From contig JBNRSN020000004.1 in NCBI GenBank assembly GCA_051313645.2, positions 85,374,001 through 85,438,000 of the forward strand: a stretch of DNA of 64,000 bases, read 5' to 3'. Both the position numbers and the translations under genes were made by a program. The notes beneath the pieces are model-generated. The model worked only from the letters and a program-made list of their open reading frames with translations, made no database searches and had not been told where the DNA came from. The stretch comes from Centroscyllium fabricii. Lineage: Eukaryota. Of the stretch, positions 1-11,500 are shown piece after piece. The first letter of the stretch is position 1; each line of letters opens with the position of its first letter.

Positions 1-271
1 TGGTGCACAATACGTAACAGCATGCCACAACCTGAGGGACAGTGATTGACCAACATGCACACATGCACGCACACACAGGCAGAGAATGACCAACATTGAC
101 TGTGATACTGTTTGAAACTGCATTTAAACTATATATCTATTGATGTTATTACGGATGCGGTTGTATATATTCTGTTAGTACTGTTGTTATTACGTCTACT
201 AATGTATTATTTTATGTATATTACAATGCTTTGGCAACAACGGTTGATACCAATAAATTGAATTGAATTGA

Positions 272-885
272 ATCTCGGAAGATCTCTCCTGGTCACTAAA
301 CACCTCCTCTCTGGTTAAGAAGGCCCAACAGCGCCTGTACTTCCTTAGGAAGCTGAAGAAAGCCAGGCTGTCATCCGGCATCCTCTCCAACTTCTACCGC
401 TGCACAATAGAAAGCATACTGACAAGCTGCATCACTGTCTGGTATGGTAATTGCACTATCTCGGACCGGAAAACCCTGCAGCGAGTAGTCAAAACTGCCC
501 AACGAATTACTGGTACACAGCTACCGTCAATGGAAAGCATCTACCTCAAACGCTGCTTACGGAGGTCTATGAACATTATTAAAGACCCCACACACCCCAG
601 CCACAGTCTGTTCGCCCCTCTGCCCTCCGGGAGACACTACAGAGCAATTCGCACCCGCACGACTAGATTTCAGAACAGCTTCTTCCCCAGGGCTGTCAGC
701 CTCCTGAACTCTAAAAAGAAACTCCGGTACCTGCACGCCTGACAATGAACTTTACTGTATGCAATTTGAATGTAATTTATTTATTTTGTTTGCACTACTC
801 TCGGGAGAGTCGAGTCTTCGTCTCGTTGTATTGTACTAGTACTCTGCAATGACAATAAAACTTGAATTGAATTGAATTGAATTGA
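272..885 (+). mobile_element. Rex1/Babar-type non-LTR retrotransposon, 5'-truncated 3' end
   Basis: Unbroken frame 272-742 (ISEDLSWS..KKAQQRLYFLRKLKKA..FYRCTIESILT..VWYG..DPTHPSHSLFAPLPSGR..RTTRFQNSFFPRAV), then AATAAA and a (TTGAA)n tail. Confidence 0.88.
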
Positions 886-1380
886 GAGTGTTAAACCACT
901 GTGACAAACTGCGTTTAAACTATATATCTATCGATATAATTACGGATGCTGTTATATATATTCTGTTTGTACTGTTATTATGTCTATTAATATACTATTT
1001 TTTTTAAATGTATATTACAATGCTTTGGCAACAACGGTTGATACCATTCATGCCAATAAAGCTATTTGAATTTGAATTTGAATTTAGAGATAGAGAGAGA
1101 GATAGAGAGATACAAGGAAAACATACTTTGACAAATTAAGCTTGGCAATCCCAGATTTCAAAGAACTAGATGATATATCAAAACTAAGAATAATCCTTGG
1201 CGAGGGAAATAGGGCACAGCTTGGTGCACAATACGTAACAGCATGCCACAACCTGAGAGACAGTGAATGACCAACATGCACACACGCACGCACACACAAA
1301 CTGACACTAATTAAAACTAATTATTATACCGTTTGTAACTGCAAGAATGTGTAGCAACCAATAAAAGGTTACAGATGTAT

Positions 1381-1384
<4 letters not shown>

Positions 1385-1420
<36 letters not shown>
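1385..1420. repeat. (TA)n microsatellite
   Basis: About 18 perfect TA units. Confidence 0.95.
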
Positions 1421-1427
<7 letters not shown>

Positions 1428-1599
1428 GCACAGGGGAATATCTGCCCATACATTGTATATCTGTATCTGTATCTATGCATTTTAATATGTATGTTATGTC
1501 TTATACTTTGGCAACATAGGGATGTATCCTGTCATGCCAATAAAGTTTTTTAAATTGAAAAAAAAATTTGAATAGAGAGAGACAGACAGACAGAGACTT

Positions 1600-2505
1600 G
1601 GGTTTAGGGAAGACAATCTCGAAATTTGCTGACAGCACAAAGGTTGGAGGTTTGGCAAAAAAGTGAGGAGGTCTTAGAAAGACTTTAGGAAGACATAGAC
1701 AAGTTATCAGAGAGTGGGTAGATACAACTTAATGTGGAGAAGCGTGAAGTAATACAGTTTGAGAGAAAAAGGGAATAGAATTAAATACTTAATGGAAAGA
1801 CACTGAAGGGTGTGCATGAACCAAGAGACCTAGGGTTCAAATATATAATTCCCAGAAATTGCGAGTGCAGGTAGTTTAAGCCATAAAAAGGCCAACAGAA
1901 CTTTTCTTTTTAAATGAGGCATAGAGTACAAGAGTGAAGAAATAATGATGAATTTAAACTAAACAGTGGTTAGGTCATAATCAGAATACTGTGTGCAGTT
2001 TTGGGACCCCATTATAAAAAGGGCATTAAAGTCATAGAAAGCATTCAGTGTAGATTTACCAGTATGATGTCAGAGATATGAAACTATAGTTGTGAGGAGT
2101 GAGTTGAGATACTGGGATCATTTCCATTGGAGCACAGACAGCCAAGAGGAGATTTAATAGAGGCTTTTAAAATTATGAAGAGTTTTGATAGTGAATAAAG
2201 AAAGATTATATCCTTTGTTTGGAGAGTCAGTGGCATGGGGTCATCAATTTAAAATTATCAGTGAGAGTGAGGAGAGAGGCAAGTAAAGATGTCTTTATAC
2301 AGATGATTTTGGGGGCATGGAATGCTTTGCCAAAGGAAATGGTTGAGGCAGAGACCATTACATCCTTTAAAGAATAATTGGATAAATAATTGAAGCCGAG
2401 AAAGATACATGGCTATGGGGAGAAAGCGGGGCATTGGCTGAGCAAAGAGTTGGCACAGACACAATGGGCTAAATGGCCTCTTTTTGGACTGTAAACTACT
2501 ATGGT
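1600..2505 (+). mobile_element. Degenerate CR1 LINE 3' portion
   Basis: Remnants of SKFAD..TK.GG, EYCVQFW.P and 'RRGDLIE.FKI' motifs with stops; CR1-type 3' end. Confidence 0.8.
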
Positions 2506-2516
2506 TAATATGTCTA

Positions 2517-2800
2517 TATCATAGAATCATAGAATCCCTACAGTGCAGATAGAGGCCATTTCGGCCCATCGAGCCTGCACCGACACATATCCCACCCTAT
2601 CCCCGTAACCCCACATATGTGATCCCCCTAACACTAAGGGTCAATTTATCCTGGCCAATCAACCTAACCCTGCACATCTTTGGACTGAGAGAGGAAACCG
2701 GAGCACCCGGAGGAAACCCACGCAGACACGGGGAGAATGTGCAAACTCCACACAGATAGTCACCCGAGGCCCTATTTGAACCCGGGCCCCTAGCGCTAAC
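2517..2800 (-). mobile_element. HE1-like V-SINE with CR1-derived tail
   Basis: V-domain (aggaaaccggagcacccggaggaaacccacgcagacacggggagaatgtgcaaactccacacaga), B-box ggttcaaat on the minus strand, (catagaat)n tail. Confidence 0.85.
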
Positions 2801-3611
2801 CACTATATGCAAGTTGTCTGCCATCTAGAAGCACAGCTTCAAAAACATTTCCAGCAGATTTGTTTGATCTCGTTCTTGGATGTTTTCCTATCAGTTATGC
2901 TAGGAATTGTACTTAGTGAGCACTCATTCTAAAAAAGAAATCACAAGATATGTTTAGAGACCTGGGACTGAAACAGAGGACGGCTGGGCTTGTAGAGCAG
3001 AGCAGAGACATATCCAGATCTGGTGAGTGGAGTACAGATGTTGGGTTGGAAGAGTAGGGAGGGCCAGGAGGGAACGGGGGGACCTAAGGCCTGACAGTGG
3101 AGAGTCCGAGGGCATTCAGAGTGGGCCAGAAGCAGCAAGAGTCCAGAGAAAGAGAGGCTGTTGGCCTGGGAGCAGAGAGGCTAGATCTAGAGTCAACGCA
3201 GGAGCAGAAAGACATGACAGATGCAAGAGCTGAAATGCTGGCCCCAGTATCTGCAGGAACACTGACGCTGAACCCAGAGTAGTCCCAGGAACAGGGTGAA
3301 CGTGGCTGCTTTCTTTGTTGTGTTCTTGCATTTGATTGATCCATGCTAACCGTGTGACAGAAACAACTTTTTTTTTTTTTAGGGCTCTGCTTTCCATTTG
3401 CTATTTTTTTTATATTTCAATTATTTCAGACAACCACAACCACTAATTATGAACTCTCCCTTCTCACCAAACTCCATTTCATTGGGTTAGTGTATCCACG
3501 ATACCACACACTTGGTACAATATGCCACTGTACAATATGCCGCTGTGATATCATAATGGAAATAAAACACTGTGATAAACTTTTAATTCAGATCAAAGTG
3601 CTCTGGTATCG

Positions 3612-3860
3612 CATCGTTGTCGCCAGAATTGTTAACTCACTCACTGTGAGGAGGACACACCCTCCTGGGGGTCTGGGTTCTTACTTTAGGAGACTAAACA
3701 CGTCGGTCAGTCTGTCACTTTCTCAGTAATACACAAAGTCAGAGACTGTAAAATAATTAAAGTTTATTACCCAGTACTTCACTCTGAGAGACCCCTTGTA
3801 GCAACCCAGAAGTGCCCGCTCGCTCTGTGACCACAATTATTTATACAAAACATAAATGCA
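3612..3860 (-). mobile_element. Probable LTR fragment with primer-binding-site-like motif
   Basis: Minus strand: AATAAA (plus 3763-3768), then ..GAGTTAACA followed closely by TGGCGACAACGATG, a Gypsy-type PBS pattern. Confidence 0.4.
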
Positions 3861-4589
3861 AAGACCTTGCAAAAAGATTAAACGTAAATGTTCAGCGAAT
3901 AATTCTGAAAAACGAAAACAACCAATGAAAAAAAATAGAGACAATACAAATCCAATTAAATGTCAACATCTTGTGTTGACTCCTCCTAATCTTGCAGCTG
4001 CAGCTATTGTTAGGAGAACGAGATCTCTAGACAGAATGTCTCTATATTTTACCTCTTTGCTACCAAACTTTTAACCCATGTCAAACTATAATAAAGCAAT
4101 CTAGAATTAGCCAAAGTTTATCAACTGGACAGAGAGGGGTAACATGGCAAACTATATCCAATTAATAGTTCTTACAGCCCTAGAAACTGAATGGAAACGG
4201 GCATCTTTTTAGATTGAGATAATCTGATGCACATACTGGTGGTTTTATTTGTGTTGTACATATATTTACAAACTTACATTAGTTGAAAACTTCCTTCAGA
4301 AAAATAAGTTAAATCAGTCCTCTTGACTGGTGCCATGGTCATTATTTACCTCATATTCCACAGGCCAATCATCTTACTTAAAAGTGACATTCAATTTTTA
4401 TAATAATAGTACGTTTTCCTGCTGAAATTACACAAGAGATAGGGCCATTCACTACCAATGATTCTCACATATAATCAGACAGCACTTTCAGACCCCTCTG
4501 TGATATTGACCACTCTTCCCCTCATCGCCTATCCCAAATCTAGATAAATGCTTTCAATCCTGGCAGAATGAAGGATTGCGTCAAATTCA

Positions 4590-5112
4590 CGACAAATAAA
4601 GAGTGAAGGTGATATCAAATTAGGAGGAATTGCAAACAACAGGAAAAAGACCAATCATAGAAGAACATAGATAAGGTGGGGAGCCGGGGTAATGAACAGA
4701 GGATACCATTTAATGATGGGCAAAATCAAAGTACTGAGATTAGGAAAACATCATAAAGAATGACTATTTAAGCCAAATTGTATTATTCAACAGAACATAA
4801 CACAGGAGAAGGATTTAGGTGTACTAGATTACTGAAGTCATCAACTATAAATGAAGTAAACAGGTTCTTGGGTTGTGCAGAGTACAAAACTCAGGAAGTG
4901 ATTCTGAATTTGCACAAATCACTGATCCAGTCCAACTGGGGTGTATTGTGTATAGCTCTGGTCACTATTGTAAGAAAGAAATCCAAGCATTGAAGACAAG
5001 GCTCAGGGATGATCCTAAAGGGCACTGGCAAGATAAATGTCAATATCTTTAGCATAGTCCCAGGTCCTACAAGACAGCATAGTCTCAAAATTAGAAGACG
5101 GAGGATGAAAAC
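4590..5112 (+). mobile_element. Highly degenerate CR1 fragment (appears to resume at about 6420-6640)
   Basis: Remnants such as aaattaggaggaattgcaaac, gagaaggatttaggtgtact, gagtacaaaactcaggaagtgattctg. Confidence 0.55.
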
Positions 5113-6100
5113 CTGAAACAAAAACAAAAAATGCTGGAAATACTCAGCAGGTCAGGCAGCATCTGTGGATAGAGAAACAGAGTTAACATTTCAGGTCGAT
5201 GACCTTTCATCAGAACTGGAAAATGTTAGAGATGTAACAGGTATTAAGCAAGTACAGAGGCAGGGAAAGGGGATGGGGAGGAAAGAACAATAGGGAAGGT
5301 CTGTGCTGGGGTGGATGGCAGGAGAGATTAAATGACAAAAGGGATGATGGTGCAAGGTGAAAGGTGATGGTAATGGGACAAGAAATAAAAGATTGGTCTA
5401 GAGGAGGTGTAAATGGGAATGTCAGAATCATCAGCAACAGCTGCCATCTGAAAAAAATGGGGGCAGAGGTTATGATCTGAAATGTTTGAACTCCGTTGAA
5501 GGCTGTAAAGTGCCTAATAGAAAGATGAGGTGCTGTTCCTCCAGCTCACATTGAACGGAGGAACAGCGAGATCAGAGTGGGAGTGGGGCAGAGAATTAAA
5601 ATGACAGGCGATCAGAAGCTCGGAGTCATGCTTGTGGACTGAACAGAAGTGTTCCATAAAGCGGTCACCCATTCTGTGTTCGGTCTCCCCAAAGTAGAGG
5701 AGACCGCATCGTGAGCAGCGAATACAGTATACTAAATTGAAAGAAGTACAAGCAAATCGCGGTGGAGGTTGATCCGTTGAATGTGGAGGATGGTGGGGTG
5801 GAAGGTGAGGACAAGGGGAAACCTATTGTGGTTCTAGGAGGGGAAGGGGTGACAGCAGTAGTGCGGGAAATGGAATGGACACGGTCGAGGGCCCGGTCAA
5901 CCATGGTGGAGGTGAATCCTCAGTTGAGGAAAAAGGAAGACATATTGGAAGCACCGGTATCGAAGGTGGCATCATAGAATCATAGAAATTAGAACAGATG
6001 CGACGTAGACGGAGAAACTGGGAGAATGGACTAGAGTCCTTACAGGAAGTGGGGTGGGTGAAAGTGTAGTCCAGGTAGCTGTGGGAGTCAGTGGGCTTAT
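5113..6100 (-). mobile_element. Penelope-like element fragment (RT C-terminus, GIY-YIG remnants, terminal repeat with hammerhead motif)
   Basis: Minus strand KPTDSHSYLDYT..HP.SCKDS.PFSQFLRLRRICS, 'IYCIRCSRCGLLY.GET', and the 3' repeat ctgatgaaaggtcatcgacctgaaatgttaact..gatgctgcctgacctgctgagtatttccagcattttt. Confidence 0.8.
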
Positions 6101-6115
6101 GTGTTTAGATTTAAC

Positions 6116-6418
6116 TGATGTACACAGTGTGGTAACCCTTGTATATAGTTGTTTACCACTGTAATTATTGTGCCAATAATGGGCTGTGCAGATGTAAGGC
6201 ACAGCCCTGTATACTGTGTAATACTGTTGGGAGCCAGGTCAGCCACACCTCTAACTCCTCCCCCAGGTGAGGCCCTTTATAGGTGGAAACTGACCGAGGC
6301 TCCTCATTCCTGTACAGAAGTTCGTTCCGGAGGGTAGCTCCGTTCTTAGCGATTAAAAGCCTTTAGTTTCGGTAACTACTCGTCGACTCTTTTAATCTGA
6401 GGTATTGACGATACGTCA
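6116..6418 (+). mobile_element. Solo LTR, about 300 bp
   Basis: TGATGTA...TACGTCA inverted termini, TATA-like tttatagg, ATTAAA polyA signal near 6352. No clear TSD. Confidence 0.55.
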
Positions 6419-7263
6419 CACATAGAGTGCTGCACGTATGCAATAGACTGACAAATTTGGTAATGGGGGGTGTTTGTATCACCAAATTCAAGTGGGAGTT
6501 CAAGAAGTGCTGGGAGGAAAATTTGATAGAAAGCTATGACAGGTACCATGGAATCTGATAGCGCCTAGATACTGGGACTGGCCAGGTGGACCACAATTTA
6601 GCCCTTTCCAGTCATGTACATTCCTGTATATTCCTTGTAAGAGATTATGTTAAACCTCTCCACCTTTCTGAAGCTCCTTAAAATCTACCTCTTTGATCAA
6701 GATTTTAGTCACTTGTCCGAATATCTTAATCTTTGGCTTAGTCAATTTCTGTCTGATTACACTCCTGTGACGTCGCTATATAAATGCAAGTGGCTGTTGT
6801 TAAATCAACATCTACTGATGTAATTCCATCAAAGTCTAGTTCATCAGGCCAAGGCAGAATCAGCTGGGCCAAACATCAGGATAATTAATAACTGGGAAAT
6901 GTAGATGGAATCTGGCCCTTGGATTTCAGTAAAGCACACTGTCTAGGTACAGATTTGTACTTTTTCTTTCATTACTTTTCTCAAATATTCTCCCACCACT
7001 GAAATTCATATCTATATATTGTAGAGATTTCAACCAAAGTTGTGCAAAACTATATATGCTTTTATATATGGAATATTTTCTTATATTAATGCTACAGTTT
7101 GTATAGTCTCGTATGGTAAACAAACATGCTGCTAAAATTGATGGTCAATTCCTTAAAACTGTAGATCATGAATATTTTAACTAAAATCAGCAGCTAATAT
7201 ATTTTTGCACGATGTGAAACATCCATACTCACTGCTGAATGCTGGAGCACAATCTTTGCTTAC

Positions 7264-7359
7264 CTGCATTCTGTAAAGTTTCGATATTTTGTGGCCTTGT
7301 TGCAAGTTCTGCAATTGTTTGCACAAAGTGTGTTCTAGCCTTCTGGTACTGCTCAAAAA
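7264..7359 (-). CDS. SPAG6: SPAG6 second coding exon (96 nt); gene continues beyond the window start
   Basis: VFEQYQKARTHFVQTIAELATRPQNIETLQNAG, the characteristic SPAG6/PF16 N-terminus; CAG acceptor, GTAAGC donor; lies downstream of BMI1 as in tetrapods. Confidence 0.96.
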
Positions 7360-7454
7360 CTGGGGGCAAAAAGATAAAAGTAAGCAAATTCTTGAAACCC
7401 AAGAACTGACACACATAATAATTAAACAACAGAGTCCTAAAAGTGCATGATACT

Positions 7455-8095
7455 AGCTGTGGCTCAGTGGTAGCACTCACAACTCTGAGTCAGAAGGTTG
7501 TGGGTTCATAGTCCCACTCCAGAGACTTGAGCACAAAGTCTAGGCTGACATTCCAGTGCTGCACTGTTGGGAGGTGCCGTCATTTGGATAAGACGTTAAA
7601 ACCGTGGCCCCGTCTGCCCGCTCAGGTCTTCATGAAAGACCCTGTGGCACTATTCGAAGGAGGACTGGGGAGTTCTCCCTGGCTAATATTCATCCCTCAA
7701 CCAACATCACAGATTATCTGATCATTATTGCATTGCCTGAAAGGGTGGTAGAGGCAGGAACCCTCACAACATTCAAGAAGCATTTAGATGAGCACTTGAA
7801 ATGCCACAGCATACAAGGCTACGGAGCAAATGCTGGAAAATGGGATTAGAATAGACAGGGCTTGATGGCCGGCACGGATACGATGGGCCGAAGAGCCTCT
7901 TTCTGTGCTGTATAACTCTATAACTCTGCTATTGCATTGCTGTTCGTAGGAGCTTGCTGTGCACAAATTGGCTGCCGCGTTTCCTACATTGCAACAAGTG
8001 ACTAGACTTCAAAATACTTAATTGCCTGCCAAGCACTTTGGGACGTCCTGCAGAGGTGAAAGGCGCTATATAAATGCAAATCTTTCTTTTCTTTT
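7455..8095 (+). mobile_element. tRNA-headed Deu-domain SINE (SacSINE1-like), interrupted by a CR1 3' fragment
   Basis: A box tggctcagtgg, B box ggttcatagtcc, core gcactgttgggaggtgccgtcatttggataagacgttaaaaccg, tail aggcgctatataaatgcaaatctttc. Confidence 0.8.
7737..7929 (+). mobile_element. CR1 3'-end insertion nested in the SINE
   Basis: LPERVVEAGTLTTFKKHLDEHL remnant, (tataactc)n tail, flanking direct repeat TATTGCATTGC at 7726-7736 and 7930-7940. Confidence 0.8.
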
Positions 8096-8247
8096 ATAGA
8101 AATATTCGCTGCTTAATTGCAACTTCAGATGAAATAAGTAGCTTTACAGCCTTCTCCCCCAAGGACACCAGCTTCCACCTAATTCAGTTCTGAAGAGCAG
8201 TCTTCAAAACAAGTCAATCATTTTTATAATTTCCTAATGATTATTAC

Positions 8248-8272
8248 CTTGTAAAGCTAATCTTTGGGTCAT
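8248..8272 (-). CDS. SPAG6: Sperm-associated antigen 6, first coding exon (25 nt)
   Basis: GCCACC-ATG Kozak context, MTQRLALQ then G|GTAAT; joins in frame to 7264-7359. Confidence 0.88.
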
Positions 8273-8289
8273 GGTGGCCCGTCCTGTAG

Positions 8290-8520
8290 ATATAGACTGC
8301 CTGGGGTATACACTGCACACGTCTGCTGCCACTGTCGCGCTCTCCCCAGTGTCCAAGACAACCACCAGCTCTGTGCATTGTGCTGTGCCGCGGTTACCAC
8401 AGCGACGAACCGGAAGAGGATACTCGCCAACTCCCTGGGCAGAGGTCGCCACTCTGCGATTGTGACGTGCCGCGCCTGAGCGGACCCAGCTCCCGAGTCT
8501 GGGGGGTTCTTTAATTATTG
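8290..8520 (-). promoter_or_regulatory. SPAG6 proximal promoter with X-box-like, ETS and CRE-like motifs
   Basis: CpG-rich; GTTACCACAGCGAC at 8393-8406, ACCGGAAG at 8409-8416, TGACGTG near 8463. Confidence 0.6.
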
Positions 8521-11500
8521 TTACCTTGTTCGTTAGTGTTCAGAGTGTGAGGTTGCAACTCTGGAGATCTCCAGAGTAATTTTTTTTGCGGGGGTTACTC
8601 AAGAAAGCTCATGTCACGAACCGAGAAGTACTCGGTGTAAGAAGTGTTCGCATTGTCCTGCGAGTTCGCAAGAACAGCCAGCCTGAGCTTTATTTCAGTG
8701 TTGTGTTCTCGGCCAGTCTCATCGATTGTACTACACGTGCAATGCCACATTTTCAGCTGAAAAAAGTGATTGGTTGTGCAAATATTCTACAGCATCTGAA
8801 AATGGACTCGGCATGCAGATTTTTGTACAATTTGTCAAGCATAATCTCTTGGGACGAAAGACATTTATATTACGAACACCGAATAAAACGCGAATTAAAT
8901 TACTGTGAACGGCAAACATGTCCACGTCTTGAAAGGTTAAAGCGGAAATATTTGGTTGAAGTGGCAGCAAACTGCGAACGGTCGCTGTGCCTCAGTATTT
9001 TGGGAGTCGTTCTCAATCCAAGCGCCTTTGCTCCACACAATGTGGTTAGCAGCTGGTGATTTGACTTTTGATTGACTATAAACGATTTCTCGAAATGGTC
9101 TGTAATGTAAAAAAGCAAATCAATCTTGACTGTCGGCCCTATCCAGACAATATGCTTTCGTGCCCTTTTATATGTCTGTTCATAAAGCAGTGAACACCAC
9201 ATGTTAAAAACCAAGAGTACGATCTTAACCATATTTGCAGAACAAACATATTCGTTATTTTATGTATGCAACTATATCGGTTTAAAGAATAGTTCGCCAA
9301 GACCAATCCGCGTTACAATATGTTTACGCTACTTGCACGTCTATATTCTAAAATATTTAAAATGTCATTTTCTGCTTCTTGAAAAGGACTAACCAGCTAT
9401 GTTGAAAAGCAGCAGCTGAAGTTACAAACTCGGTTCATTTACTGCCTGAGTTTAACAGTTAGTCACGTCGATGAGTACGTTAAAAATATTCGTAATATAT
9501 ACAACCTGGTTTACATGTATTTCACTTCGAATCCCCCTTTTTATGATCGCGTGTTCTGCAAGAATATTTTAAAAGCTTATTTGGATGCTTCCATTCCCTC
9601 CAGCTCGTCTTACTATTCAGATTTGTTGTTCTCCGCTTACATGCACATGTGTCTTAGCTCTTCTGATTCGATTGCATTCAGTCACATTTCCATCTAGATT
9701 GGTAGCTAAGGACGCCTCCATTATCCACTGTTGAGAAAGGTTTCTCGAGGTTCAAATGAATCTTTGTTAAATGTACTGTCCAATTAATTTGTATACTCAT
9801 GTACGTATATACCTCTATCCTCACAAAGTAAGACTTTTAGAAAAAAAAATGGATACTGCATTTAAATTACACTGATTTTTAAGCTACATATTTGAAGCTG
9901 CATTATCTTCCAAAGGTTGTGGATTCTGCAGTGCCCGGGATGGTTGCACCTGAATGTGAAGCAAGTGCTGGAACCGCTCTCTGTCTAACGCTGCAGTTGG
10001 CGCAGATACTGATGACGCATGCGCAAACGAAGCGTACACGATGCGCAGTTGCTCGCTTCAGGAAGAGCGATTAAGTTTAGTTTCATTCCTCTTGTGCCGA
10101 TTTAAATACCGTTTGTCAAGCTTTTCCAAACAGATTAAAGTCATTCCATAACAAGCTACGCAAAAATCCTTGAAAAAAATAACTTACCTTTAAAATGTGA
10201 GGGTTACTACATAATAAACTAGCGTGAGTAACCATGTTTCCCCAAGTGCTGTGTGTGGGGAGAGTGAAACTGTAAAATCAGTTTACTAATTCCAGCGGCC
10301 CTGACTCTGACTAACTTAATCCGCTACTGGGGTAATTACGCATCGACCGGCATTTCAAGGCCCGCCTCTATTATTTAGACGTCACGGCCTTGGCGCTGCT
10401 GAAATGCATCTCATTGACCCGGCTCCAGGCTGTCAATCAGTAGCTTTTGTCGTCATGAAATGGCTGTTTAAGGAGGTCCGGTGAATTTTTTGGGATAGGT
10501 GTGCTGCATTCTGGAAACGGTTCAATTGAATTACTAGTATCGCGTTATTAAATATTCTATAATAGTAACTGCAACATAAAGTTCAAATTATTTCAAATAT
10601 TACATTTGCGTAGATTATAATAGTAAAAACGTAAGTATAATGCCAGTTACAAGGCGAAATCGGTTAGTAATTTCGAGAATTGTCTATTTTTGATAATTAA
10701 ACTGTTGCCATTGCACTGACGAAGCGCCAGTGATGTTTTAACATTCACACTGAAACTATTTTGAACTTTCTCAAGGGCATTTAAGCAGCCCATTTGCCAT
10801 CATATTGTCATTTCCCGTTAAACAGTGTTAAGAATGAATGCTTAGGCATTGACGAGGTGTGATATGTTTGAGGTTGGCGAGTGCTTAATTGTAATTTTTC
10901 ACATATTCGGTCCAGTCAACATTGTTGCCTGGTACTGATACGAGTCTATTGAACAAGAAAGTTTTGCCAGCATCATGTACCACTTGACTACATATGCGCC
11001 CAGTCTAATAAGAGCTGGAGAGACCATGGCGGTAGTCTGTTTAATGATTACCTCATTTTACAGATCTGAATGGGGCGGCAGGGATCAGCCATAAACTCAT
11101 CAGCATATGCAAACATCTGGATTTATATCACAACTTACTGAGAAATGTAAAATAAAAACATGTGGATCTTCATCTAGACTCTCCATAGCCAAATTATTTC
11201 AACGCAAACCAGCTCAATGTCTCCACTCGAATGTATTATCCTGGGATAAAACTGATAACATTTAGATATTTGTCTGCTGTTGATTTTGTCCTGAAAAATA
11301 GTGTTGATGAACAGATTTTCACACTGAGAAATATTTCTGTTGTCCAATACTAATGTCAGTATCTACTATTTATTTCTTTTAAAAAAACATGAAATTTATT
11401 TTAAAGGGATATCTTTGGATTTATTTAAAACTAGTACATAGTCCTCACTCAATTCCAAATAAATGCAAATATATTAATTCTCGATTTTTAAATATCACGC

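Larger units (their letters stand above)
1..1580 (+). mobile_element. Head-to-tail 3' ends of a second non-LTR retrotransposon (possibly RTEX-like), interrupted by the Rex1-type copy
   Basis: 1-75 repeats at about 1222-1297 and about 115-270 repeats at about 905-1080. 1105-1265 encodes an RT-ORF-like C-terminus (KTYFDKL..LRIILGE..AQYVTACHNLRDS). Three tails of the form ggcaac..ccaataaa..(ttgaa)n. Confidence 0.6.

Noticed and set aside
1-7200. Search for SPAG6 exon 3 (expected GVMSLLR..LLDVVP..)
   Set aside because: No matching translation found by eye; it probably lies beyond the window start.
7455-7530. tRNA-like sequence with A and B boxes
   Set aside because: It is the head of a SINE: no proper acceptor stem, and it runs straight into the SINE core.
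8586-9059. 157-aa plus-strand ORF divergent from SPAG6
   Set aside because: Non-ATG start, no recognisable domain, no exon-like boundaries; likely a chance ORF.
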